A stretch of DNA of 64,000 nucleotides from Phyllobates terribilis (lineage: Eukaryota): positions 681,070,001-681,134,000 of the forward strand of contig NW_027362762.1 in the NCBI RefSeq assembly GCF_046119375.1, written 5' to 3'. Below are positions 1 through 10,800 of the stretch, piece by piece (positions within the stretch are counted from its first letter, which is position 1; each line of letters begins with the position of its first letter). Made by a program: the position numbers and the translations under genes. Under the pieces are notes generated by a model. That model searched no databases and was not told where the DNA came from. It saw only the letters and a program-made list of their open reading frames with translations.

Positions 1-299
1 GAGCGGTAATATACTCTTTTTTATAAAGTTTGTGCCAGGGGATTGCAGTGCTATGATTTACCACGTTGCCTGGTTCCCCTTACATGGTACTAACCTACCT
101 GTACACTATACACTATATATAGAGCCTCTGTGTATAATGTCACTGGTGTTCACTGTATTACCTGTACACTATATACAGAGCACCTGTGTATAATGTCACC
201 GGTGATCACTGTAATACCTGCACACTGACACTATGCAGAACTCCTTTGTATAATGGCACTTAGTATTGTGTTTTTTTTAATGATCAGTATTGTAATATA

Positions 300-1470
300 C
301 AGTCACTATGTGGTGGTAATATGTGGTCTGGTGATGGTGTGGCAGTATTTGTTCTTTCTATGTGGTATTATTCATTTACTATGTGGTGTTAATATGTGAT
401 CTGGTCATGATGTGGCGGTATTTGTTCCTTGTATGTGGTATAATTTAGTTGCTATGTGGTGGTAATATGTGGCCTGGGCATGGTGTGACAGTATTTCTAC
501 CTTTTATGTGGTATCAGTCACACTATGTAGTGGTAATATGTGGACTGGTCATGTTGTGGCGGTATTTTTTCCTTGTATGTGGTAATATTCAGTCAATAAT
601 GTAGTGCGGCAGTGTTCACACTGTGCTCTAATGAGGCAGGGACCCAGTAAAGTTCAACTCAAATGTCTTTATTTTTCAAAAACTCACAAAGAAAAGGCAA
701 ACAGTATCCTCCGGATCGCAGCCGGGGCATTAAACAGTCCGTCTCCAAAACCTGGTGCCGTGGGTGACTGCACCACCATATCACTCTGAGGTGCGTCAGA
801 GTTTTGCCTACTTGGGTCCTGTGTTCAGGTCACACAGGCCAGTATTGCAGAGCCTACAACTCTGCAGCTTGCAAACACAAAACTGACACACCCAAACCTT
901 TGCTGCAGGTTTTTAAATGAAAACTTTGGACCTGAGCCACATGCAAAACAGGGCTGGAGAGAGTGGACAGCCCAACTGCAATCCTGTAGTCCACTCCAAG
1001 AAAAAAAGCCGGGTTTTACTAAATTTGCCTTGGTCATATAGCTTGACACTTTTATTCTGCACTGCAACCACAGCTATGTTTGTGATTGCAATGCACTCCA
1101 GCGGGTTCAATATGCTTCTATGGGCACTCCAGGGGATAAATACCGTGCCTTGCATATAATTCCCCTCACTGCCTCACAATATGTTGTGGTAATATGTGGT
1201 CTGATCATAGTGTGACAGCATTTCTTCCTTGTATGTGGTATTACTCAATCACTATGTGGTAATAATATGTGATCTGGTCATAGTGTGGCGGTATTTGTTC
1301 CTTGTTTGTGGTATTATTCAGTTGCTATCTGGTGGTAATATGTGGTATGATCATGGTGTGACAGTATTTGTCCCTTGTATGTGGTATTATTCGGTCATTA
1401 TGTGGTGGTAATATGTGGTTTGGTCATAATGTGACAGTATTTGTCCCTTGTATGTGGTATTATTGGTCAT
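300..1470. repeat. ~72-bp GT-rich degenerate tandem repeat, interrupted at 600-1178
   Basis: Unit TATGTGGTGGTAATATGTGGTCTGGTCATGGTGTGGCGGTATTTGTTCCTTG... recurs about every 72 bp at 300-600 and 1180-1470. Confidence 0.8.
600..1178. mobile_element. Probable solo LTR inserted in the 72-bp repeat
   Basis: TG...CA ends with imperfect inverted repeat (TGTAGTGCGGCAGTG / CACTGCCTCACA); flanks ATAA/ATAT resemble a 4-bp TSD; the tandem repeat resumes after it. Confidence 0.4.
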
Positions 1471-1494
1471 TGTAAAAAATGTATGTGACACATT

Positions 1495-3860
1495 TGTGAC
1501 GCCCTGCAGCTGCAGGCTGTCACAGAACTCCTTGGTGTTGCACAGATGGGATTCTCCCCAGTGGCCTCAATACATGCAGATACCTCCAACCAATTCCACT
1601 AGATGGAGCCCTGTAAGGTATATATATACTGGGGGGTGGAGTTCAGGAAGTCAGTCAGTGGGAGGCTGTTTATGTGACACGATGCTGCACCACCAGACAA
1701 GCTGAAGTCTGTGTGGCTGAAAGCCAGGCTAGGCCCAAGCTGCGGGCTAGTCTGGCCAGTGAGAGCCTAGAGTGGGCTAGAAGGCAAGGAGAAGAAAAGA
1801 GCCATGAGGGACAGAGGAACCACAGAGAGTTCGTCCCCTGATGCAAGCCGAGGACTGCTCCGCAGCGGTGGCACCCCTGTCTGTTCTTCCTCTGACCCGG
1901 CTGGGTCACCTCTCCCCAGCATCCACCATCCATCTACCCCTACACTGCCCTGAAGCTAGCTCTACCTGTGGAGAGCCACACCATCCCTGCTGCCGTAACA
2001 CCAGCTCCAGAGGACTGCTCCGCAGCGGCGGCTCCCTTTGGTCGCATTCCACAGGTGGCGTCACGAACACTTGAAATCCCTTATAAATACCCCCCTTTTT
2101 ACTGACCGCCCTGGGTCACGGACCGGGCCAGCTACCGTGATATCTCCCAGCAATCAGAGGCCCGGCTGCCGAGTACCCCACGGCCCAGGGGGCATGTCAG
2201 CTTTGGCGTCACGAACAGGATTGCGTGCCCGTTGCCACTGGGTACTGTGCACCTTAAGGGACTGTAACCCTTACTGTGGTGAATTTTTCCCGCCATTCCT
2301 GAGCTTTCCTCTGCCATTTTTCTTGTTGCCGCGCGGGAAGAAGAGGGGCGTAACCACGAGAATCGGAAAGGCGTAATAGCTGGAAATGTGCGAAACCGAG
2401 GACACGCCCCACCCCTGACGTCGAACCAGTAAGCGTCAGGTCCTGAAAAGAGCCCAGTGGACGCTCTGACGTCAGACGCGAGCGACGCAAGGTCCTGGAA
2501 GAAGACTGTCGCCCGAGGAGCTGCGGCCTACACGACAAAGGGAGTGAAGAAGGTAGGCTCCGTTTCACTAGGGGGGCGCAATCATGGCCGACGACCAGCA
2601 AGCCGCCGGTGCACCGGTTAACGCTCCTGATGCCCAACCTGCACCCGGCGCTGCACAGGCCGGAGCGGCCGCTCCACCAGCAGGGGTCATGACCCCGTTG
2701 ATACCCATGGCTCTGCCGTATGCCCTAGATGTTCAGAGGGTGAAGGAACTTCTGCAGGAGGACACCCTGACTGAACGGGAGGATGACCAGGACGGGTCAC
2801 CTACCTCTCATCCCCAGGCGCATCCCAGGAGGGGGCGCCCTTGAGCTTCTAGTTCCCCGGTAGCTCTCATGCTAAGTATGAGTTAACCTGAACTTGGAGT
2901 CCGTGAACTGTGAACGACCCGCATTGTACATAGTTTGCACCTCCTGAGGTGCCCCTTGGTGGTTTTCACAAGACCACCACCACTAAAACCTGCTTGACAT
3001 GGCCGAACCAGTGGTCCTACACCAGTCCTGCAGCCCCCCCAGGACCTTCGTTGGGGGTTTGGAGCAGGTACCCCACAAGCCAGCTTACCCGGATGAGAGG
3101 GACACACCCGAGGAGGGATCTCATCAAAACTGGTTGCTACAGTAAAGCATAAATAATGTTTATTAAACCTGTCATTTGAACGTTCAAGCTACGTGCCTCC
3201 CATAAAGGGAAGAAAAATTGTAATGTTTAAAAATATGTTATCCTTGTGTTACCTGTTATACAAAAATTTGTTTCAGTCCGGGAGTACTAACTTTTACTAG
3301 GGGGGAATGTGACGCCCTGAAGCTGCAGGCTGTCACAGAACTCCTTGGTGTTGCACAGATGGGATTCTCCCCAGTGGCCTCAATGCATGCAGACAACTCC
3401 ACCCAAGTCCACTAGATGGAGCCCTGTCAGGTATATATATATACTGGGGGGTGGAGTTCAGGAAGTCAGTCAGTGGGAAGCTGTTTATGTGACATGATAC
3501 TGCAGCACCAGACAAGCTGAAGTCTGTGTGGCTGAAAGCCAGGCTAGGCCCAAGCTGCGGGCTAGTCTGGCCAGTGAGAGCCTAGAGTGGGCTAGAAGGC
3601 AAGGAGAAGAAAAGAGCCATGAGGGACAGAGGAACCACAGAGAGTTCGTCCCCTGAAGCAAGCCGAGGACTGCTCCGCAGCGGCGGCACCACTTAGCCGC
3701 ATTCCACAGGTGGCGTCACGAACTTTCCAAAAAACCCATATAAATAGAAATCCCCCTTTTTACTGACCGCCCTGGGTCACGGACCGGGCCGGCTACCATG
3801 ATATCCCCCAGCAAATAGAGGCCCGGTCGCCGAGTACCCCACGGCCCAGGGGGCGCGTCA
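1495..3860 (+). mobile_element. Internally deleted non-autonomous Gypsy LTR element (element 1)
   Basis: LTRs 1495-2199 and 3308-3860; perfect TSD CATT; PBS 2204-2222; PPT 3296-3307; the first ~46 gag codons (MADDQQAAGAPVNAPDAQ, ATG 2584) match the Gypsy A gag at 32795, then jump to the 3' region. Confidence 0.85.
2204..2222 (+). promoter_or_regulatory. Primer-binding site, tRNA-Ser(CGA) type
   Basis: TGGCGTCACGAACAGGATT just after the LTR end; complementary to the 3' end of a vertebrate tRNA-Ser-CGA as recalled (...ATCCTGTTCGTGACG-CCA). Confidence 0.8.
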
Positions 3861-4017
3861 CATTCCCTTAAAGAAAAATAAATAAAATATACCTAAAAAG
3901 AGTATTGGATATTTTAAGAAATGTTTACTAGGTTAGAGTAGGGCCCGACCAAAAGAGTTTACCTTGTCTTGGTGGCAGCTTAAAAAATCTTTTGGTCAAA
4001 ACAAAAGCTGATGGCTA

Positions 4018-5262
4018 TGTGGCGCCCCTGAGGGTTCAGTCGCCACAGAGGTACTGCACCTCACCCAGAGGTGTGGTGTCTCCCTTGTCTCAGGTAAAGA
4101 GGGAGTGCTGCCCGGAACCCCAACACCCACATTCAACACTACACTGCTCCAGGCCGGCTGGAAGGGCAAGATGCATGTGCACAGTGCTGAGCCCTGTCCC
4201 TGGCTGGAGTGGGGGAACCCAAAGGTAGTGGGAACCAGTAGTGGATGTGGGTGGAGGAAGAAGTTTAGGGGAGCACCATTGTAGGAGATATAAAAAGGGA
4301 AGCCATCTTAGGGTGGCAGAGCAGTCAGTGAGAGGAGAGAGTGAAGACAGTCAGGGAGCTGAGTCTCTTAGGAGCTCTGCTCCACAAGTAGGGCCTAGGG
4401 CTAGAGGGGAGCAGAGGAGGAAGGTTCCGATCTATAGAAGGGATCCCAGGGGGTACGGCGAGTGCAGGACGGCACCCGTACGCCCCGAATCTGTCAGAAG
4501 ACAGAGGGATCAGGCTGCAAGAAGGGGACCGGCCCCTGGACCAGCCGTGTTACTCCAGGTTCAGGCTGGAAAAACCGGAGGCTTCTGGCTTTTATAGTTC
4601 AATTGCCAAAGCCTCATTCTAATCTCCGTGAGGGTCAAGCAGGTCCGGGAACTCCAGTTAGACAGGAGGGACTTCAGAGCACCCGAGCGAGACTGTGAGT
4701 GGGGAAGCGCAGGGCAGGAGGGAGAAGACCCAGCGTGACGTCGGTCTAGAGAGGAACACCAGAAAGCGGGGTTCCGTTAGGTGCTTTTAACATACCTGAG
4801 GAAGAGCTGAACCCCCGGTCTGGTGAACGCAGTGCGACGTGGGAGGCTGGAACCCGCGCAGTGTATCAGTGGAACGAACATGAGAACTGTGAGTAAAGAC
4901 TCGGATGACTGCACCGCACTGCCTCAGTCCATTATTTTAGCTGCGCCATCTTTCCCCCTGCACTACAACGCCCCGCGCAACCAATTATATCTACACTGCC
5001 CTGGAGCTAGCTCTTACTGTGGAGAGCCACACCATCCCTACTGCAGCACCATCAGCTTCAGAGGACTGCTCCGCAGCGGCGGCTCCCTTTGGCTGCATTC
5101 TACAGGTGGCGTCACAAACCTTATAAATCCCCTATCAATAGAGAAACTTCCCCTTTTTATTGACCGCCCTGGGCCACGCACCGGGCCAGCCACCGTGATA
5201 TCCCCCACCATCGTCCATAGGCCCGGCTGCCGAGTAACCCCCACGGCCCAGGGGGCGCGTCA
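4018..5262 (+). mobile_element. Solo LTR of the same Gypsy superfamily (1245 bp)
   Basis: TGTGGCGCCC...GGGCGCGTCA; TSD GCTA/ACTA; TATA-like ATATAAAA near 4288; AGTAAA near 4892; U5 homologous to element 1 LTR. Confidence 0.8.
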
Positions 5263-6216
5263 ACTATGTATGTGATATGGTGTTAGATGGGAAGTGTTAA
5301 TGTGTGATTGATGAGGACGTGTTGCAGAAGTGGAGTTTTTCCAAGACTGGGCGGTGGGACTGTGGACGATTTGAGGGGTGGAGGCGGCGATGGGGTGGAG
5401 CCTGACGGAGTGTCAAGGGGGCCCGAAAATTTTGAAATTATAGGGGCCTGAAATTCCTGGTGGCAGATCTGAAAAGGAGCACTGTTTTGTACTACACAGC
5501 AGGTGCAGTAATAGGGACACGTACGGCAGCAGCGGCTCAGCATTGGGATATCAGCAGGATGAGGAGTTTGTGCAGGTTGGGAATAGATGGAGACGGTGTT
5601 GGAAATGTGAGAGGTCGGAAGTGTCTTTGTTGTAATCTCTGCAGACGAGTACATGCTGGAAGAATTTGTCATGTCAGTCTGGGGCAAATGGATAAGACGG
5701 GAAGAGTGAATGACTCCAAAAAAAAGGAATGTCAGCTGTAAGTCACCATCAACTGTACTGTGACCTCTAACATGTTCTGTAAGACCGGTCTATACCACTG
5801 TATGGTCACCATATGGCGGTAATATCAGTGTTGGTTTTTGTATAGAGATTTTTTTTCCGTAACAGCGCGGTCATCTGCTGATGTTCCCCTATACCCACAG
5901 TTAGGGTGCGCCACCATAGTTGTAATCAGGTTTATCGGTTAGGGGCCCACTCAGATGTTTCACCCCACCTGAGCTAAACCCCTAGCTATGCCTCTGGTTC
6001 TTACAAACTTACTGTTCAGTAAAAAACTGTTTATTGTTGGCTAATGGTCTCCCTCATTGATCTCCTCAACACCTGGTCCTGGCTAGCTGAAGTCACTGGC
6101 ATCATGCAGCCTGCAACAGCGTAGCGCCCCTGTTGATGAAGCCCACACATCCAGCCAGGACCCCAATCTTCATATAGCGTGCCAGGGCATAAGACGAATA
6201 CCTCGCCCGCAGCTAG

Positions 6217-6867
6217 TGACGTGCCCCCTGGGACCGTGGGGTACTCGGTAGCCGGGCCGGTCGGTTCTATTGGGGTAGTCACAGTGGCAGTGACCCGGTC
6301 CGTGGCCCAGGGCGGTCAAATAAAGTAAAGTGTCAATTGGGGAACAAAGTGTTTGGGAATAAGTTTGTGACACCGCCCGTGGTGTGCAGCTATATGTGGC
6401 CGCCGCTGCTATTCAGAACCACTGGGGCTGTTGGTAAGCAAAGATGGTTCAGCTCTCCACGGGCAGAGCTAGGCCTCAGGGCAGTTTATAGTACTTGATG
6501 AGGTAGATGTTGTTGGTGTAGTGCAAGGCAGATGGCGCGGCAATTAATCAAGGACACAGTGGGGTGCAGTCTTCAAGTATTTACTCACAGTTATCAAGAT
6601 GCTCCAGGTTACAACCGGCGTATTATAACCGCCCACATCGTCCTGTGTCCTCGGGGGAGGTGATCCAGCCAACTCTCAGATAACTTAGGTGCACTTGAAC
6701 GGGACCCCTTTCTTGTGTACCTTTCCAGGTCGTCTCTCTCTGCGCTGGCTCTCGCCCTCCTGTCCTGCGCCTCACACACAGTGGCCTTGTTGGGCAACGT
6801 CCTTTCTGTCTCCTTTGTCCTGTATGGCCACCTTTTCAGTGAATGTGTGTGGATTTTGGCTATAACA
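6217..6867 (-). mobile_element. Degenerate LTR (solo or fragment)
   Basis: 6217-6385 is the reverse complement of the shared U5 end (hairpin module and degenerate PBS-like site). Right boundary uncertain; no TSD found. Confidence 0.5.
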
Positions 6868-7449
6868 CATGAAGATACCGCAACCTTCATGTAAATGTAT
6901 GCCATTTATCTACTGTCTAATTTTTTCATGGACCCATAGACTTGCATTGCCGATTTTTATCCGACACTTGGAACAATATCGGACATGTCTTGCGATTTTG
7001 CACTGACCGCTCGGTTCGTGAAAAATCATGGTCATGTAAATAGCCCCATTAATTATTATATGTACGAACGCTGTCCATGAAAACACGAACAGCACTTCTG
7101 CACAAAAAAACTGGTGTCTGAATGATCCCTTAATTAAAATGGTCGGAGTTCTAGTAACATCGGAGTGCCGCATTATTCTCCCTAGATTGATTGCCACTCT
7201 TAGGAATAACAGAATCACAGGTTCTCGCCATTTTTGGCCAGCATTTAGGGGAGCAATGGGAGACATGGAAACAATATTCTCCTGTTTTGGACCCCACTCA
7301 TCAGACATATAGTATTGATATGCCATAAATGTCATAAGTATTCTATTAAATGCAAAGAGACATTAATCAATTAGATTTTTCTTATTTTAATTAATAATTG
7401 CATTGAAGGATGAAGGGATGTTCTTGGAGGAGCCTTCACCTTCAGCAGA

Positions 7450-7597
7450 TGTTTTATAAATTCCCTATCAATATGTCTTTGGAGTGTGGGAGGAAACCGG
7501 AGGACCCGGAGGAAACCCACGCAAACACGGGGAGAACATACAAACTCCTTACAGATGTAAAGCTGCAGTGCTAACCACTGAGCCACCGTGTTGCCCT
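7450..7597 (-). mobile_element. tRNA-derived V-SINE fragment
   Basis: Minus-strand head GGGCAACACGGTGGCTCAGTGGTTAGCAC plus V-domain GTTTGTATGTTCTCCCCGTGTTTGCGTGGGTTTCC. Confidence 0.75.
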
Positions 7598-7667
7598 GTG
7601 AGATGGTACAAGATCTTGCACACTAGTACAGCTCTGATGGTGGACCTGCTGTACTTTCTTCAGGGCG

Positions 7668-7807
7668 CTAGATGTGGAAGCTTTCTTTATCTGAGATGTT
7701 TAAGGTGCCCTTGTGACACATTGCAAAAAGGCAGCTTTCTCTGATAGCGTGAGCAGCCCTGGATAATCCACGCCGGCAGGATGATATAAACCGGCGGAAG
7801 CGAGAAC
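7668..7807 (-). CDS. MAST-like terminal coding exon ([14 protein letters not shown]...ESFHI*)
   Basis: Acceptor CTCATAG, phase 1, TAG at 7670-7668. Confidence 0.7.
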
Positions 7808-10800
7808 CTATGAGAAGAGATGTAGAACTAATGTAAGTAATAGGGCTCCATATTATAGGACACTAATGGGGTGTCACTGTGACAGGACGGTAGAGGAATC
7901 TTATCCATACAGAGGTACGGGATCATTGTCACCATCATACATGTGACCGTGCGACCACTGACAGATAACATCTGCTCCACATGACCTATCCTCACTGACA
8001 TCATACAACATGGAGATTGTTGTCACACTTACCTCTTCTGCGTTCTCCCTTTTCTACTTTTCCTGTTTCTTGCTGTGAACTCTGTCTTAATGCAGATTCT
8101 CCTTTCTTCTGAACTGGAAATTCTTATGAGAAAGTGAGAAAAAGATTTTATAAGATTAGCTTTGTATCTTTATATAGTAGAGTTATATTATTCTTGTACT
8201 CTATAGTCCTGCTAATGGGGTAATACACTATAATAGGGAGAATATGCCATATATACATTTCATCACCTGAGGGAATGAGAATTAGATTGCTTGGTGAAAT
8301 GATTAATATGATCCTGAAGCTTTTCTGTGCGCCGCCATGTGGTGTCACCCCAAAGGACTATGGCCCTGATTTATCAAAGAAATCCCACAAGAATTCTGTC
8401 TTAAATGGTTTTGAGGAGCCGCAAATTTATTTGCAACACTTACTTGCAAGAAGTGTTCTAACTCCAGTTTTACCATCTACACCTTAATGGTCGTAGCTGG
8501 GGAGGAACAGGTGCGGAATGATAGCATAATGCCATAGCTCATCTAATTCATGATTCATGATTAATTGTACCCGTTCCCTACGCCAGAAATTTTACTCCAA
8601 TCCTTGACCAGAGTAAGATTTCTTGCATTTATAGAAAGAACTTGGCTCTACAAGATTGATTGCAGGTAGAAGAGTGTTTTGATTATATAAGCAATCCACT
8701 GTAGAAATTATGATGTTTCGGTTGTTAAAGTGACACATTCATCAGTAATATTATATATATAAAAAAAGAAAAATAATAGTTAAAGAATTCAACAAAAATA
8801 GAATTTATACCTAAAAATACAACTGGTATCAATCCTAAATGTAGCAAGTATAATGATGGGATATGAAAAAGATTAAAGTATTTGAAGAAAACATAGAAAA
8901 AAGTAATATATTATTAATGAATAGAAGTTTCTACATTACTATATCAGAACACTTCTTATATTTATAATATTATATCTCATAATATGTGGAAAATGAGGTT
9001 TCCCCATATAACAATGCTCCTATAATACATCATAAGCTTGATGATCACTGTTTTCTATGGTTTCTTCACACCCTTTAATCTATTTGTATCCTATTATATA
9101 CTTCAAAAATTTGACTCACTTATATAGCGCCATTAATTCCACAGCGCTTTACAGACATTATTGGCACTGTCCCCATTAGGGCTCACAATCTACATTCCCT
9201 ATCAGTATGTCTTTGGAGTGTGGGAGGAAACCAGAGTACCCGGAGGAAACCCACGCAAACATGGGGAGAACATACAAACTCCTTGCAGATATTGTCCTTG
9301 CCCAGATTTTAACCCATTACGCCAGCGCTGCAAGGCTGTAGTGCTAACCACCGAGCCACCGTGCTGCCCATACTTGCTATCACTAGGAATTACACCACTT
9401 GCATTTTTATGCATAAATTCTATTTCTGGTGATTTTTTGGATAATTATTTTTCTTTTTTGTATATCATAGTATCTGATGAAGGTCTGATGTTAAAAATTG
9501 AGACATCATCATTTCTACAGTGGCTTGCTTATGTAATAAAAGACACTCTTCTACCCGCCATCAATCTTGAAATGCCAAGTTCTTTATGTGCATTAGATGA
9601 GAGGTGGCATCCTACTTGTGCAGCCACGGATTAGGAGTGCCACACATCTTCCCGGTTACATGGAGTAAGATTTGTGGCGAGGGGCACGCCATTTTTCAAA
9701 TGCCCCTGATTCATTAAGAGACATGCAACCTCATAAAGCATCAGACGTCTCTGACTCCAGCACGGCTCTCATCAAGACCGGAGTCAACAGCGCTGGTCTT
9801 GATGAATTGGGGCCCATGCTCCCTTATTAATGTGACATTTGTTGCAGCATCCCACGGTGTTATAATATAACATAATATATAAGTTTTAATCCATGACATA
9901 AAAGAGAATTTACATATTGAAGTCTTGGACTGCTCATGGTGATAAGGGCACAAATAAGTGATACATTTCTGAGCCTTCATGTGCACATTCACATTACACT
10001 GTGAGATCCTAGGCTATAAGAGGATGTCCTATAGAGGTGTACATACCTGACAGTGCGGACGAGGGTGAGCTGCTGTCCTTGGCAGTGAAACACTGATTGT
10101 CGCCATCGGTTCTAGAAGGAGAAGATTCTTTCTGCCTACAAAAAAAAATCCAAAAAGTAAGAACACCTGTCTGTAAGGCCAATTAGGACAATATTGAGAG
10201 AATACCCTGCTCGGACCCCATCTATCAATAATAAAGGAGGATCACTAGTAATATTGACCTGAAATGTACAGGAAATAAATGGCTGGTCGCAATGATGAGC
10301 TGTTGTCACCAGCGTTATCACGAGCCAGACCGCAGTGATCAGCAATCATGGGGTGGTGGCTGCTGGATTTAGTCTTGTGTTACACGTGTCTTGTATTTAT
10401 TATTCTGATCATATATCAGAACTGAACCCCGTAATAATCTACTCACATGTCTGACTGTTTGCTGCTGCTCTCTGGGGAATTCTCTGGAGGTGGCTTTGGA
10501 TCATCCATGTTCATCACCCTGGTATTGGTGGTACAAAGCTAAACAACACAGAAAAGTAAAGTAAATATATTTGTAAACTTTTTAACTGTATATTTTATGG
10601 ATTTTATTGGTCACCCACTTACTTTAAAATGCCTTAGAGAAGATGATACAAAGTTTTGATCATCTAGCCAGTAAATGCCCTCACTAGTGTCCTCCTCGTC
10701 TGAATCCATATGTTTGTGTCTTCTAGAGCGAGCTACAAAGTACAAGTGTTACCAGAGATTATTAGTAGAACACACGGCCGTATAGCACACGGCCACAGAC

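Noticed and set aside
8715-8745. Degenerate hammerhead-like strings (also about 9474-9505)
   Set aside because: Stem II and the GAAA core are broken; likely old Penelope remnants.
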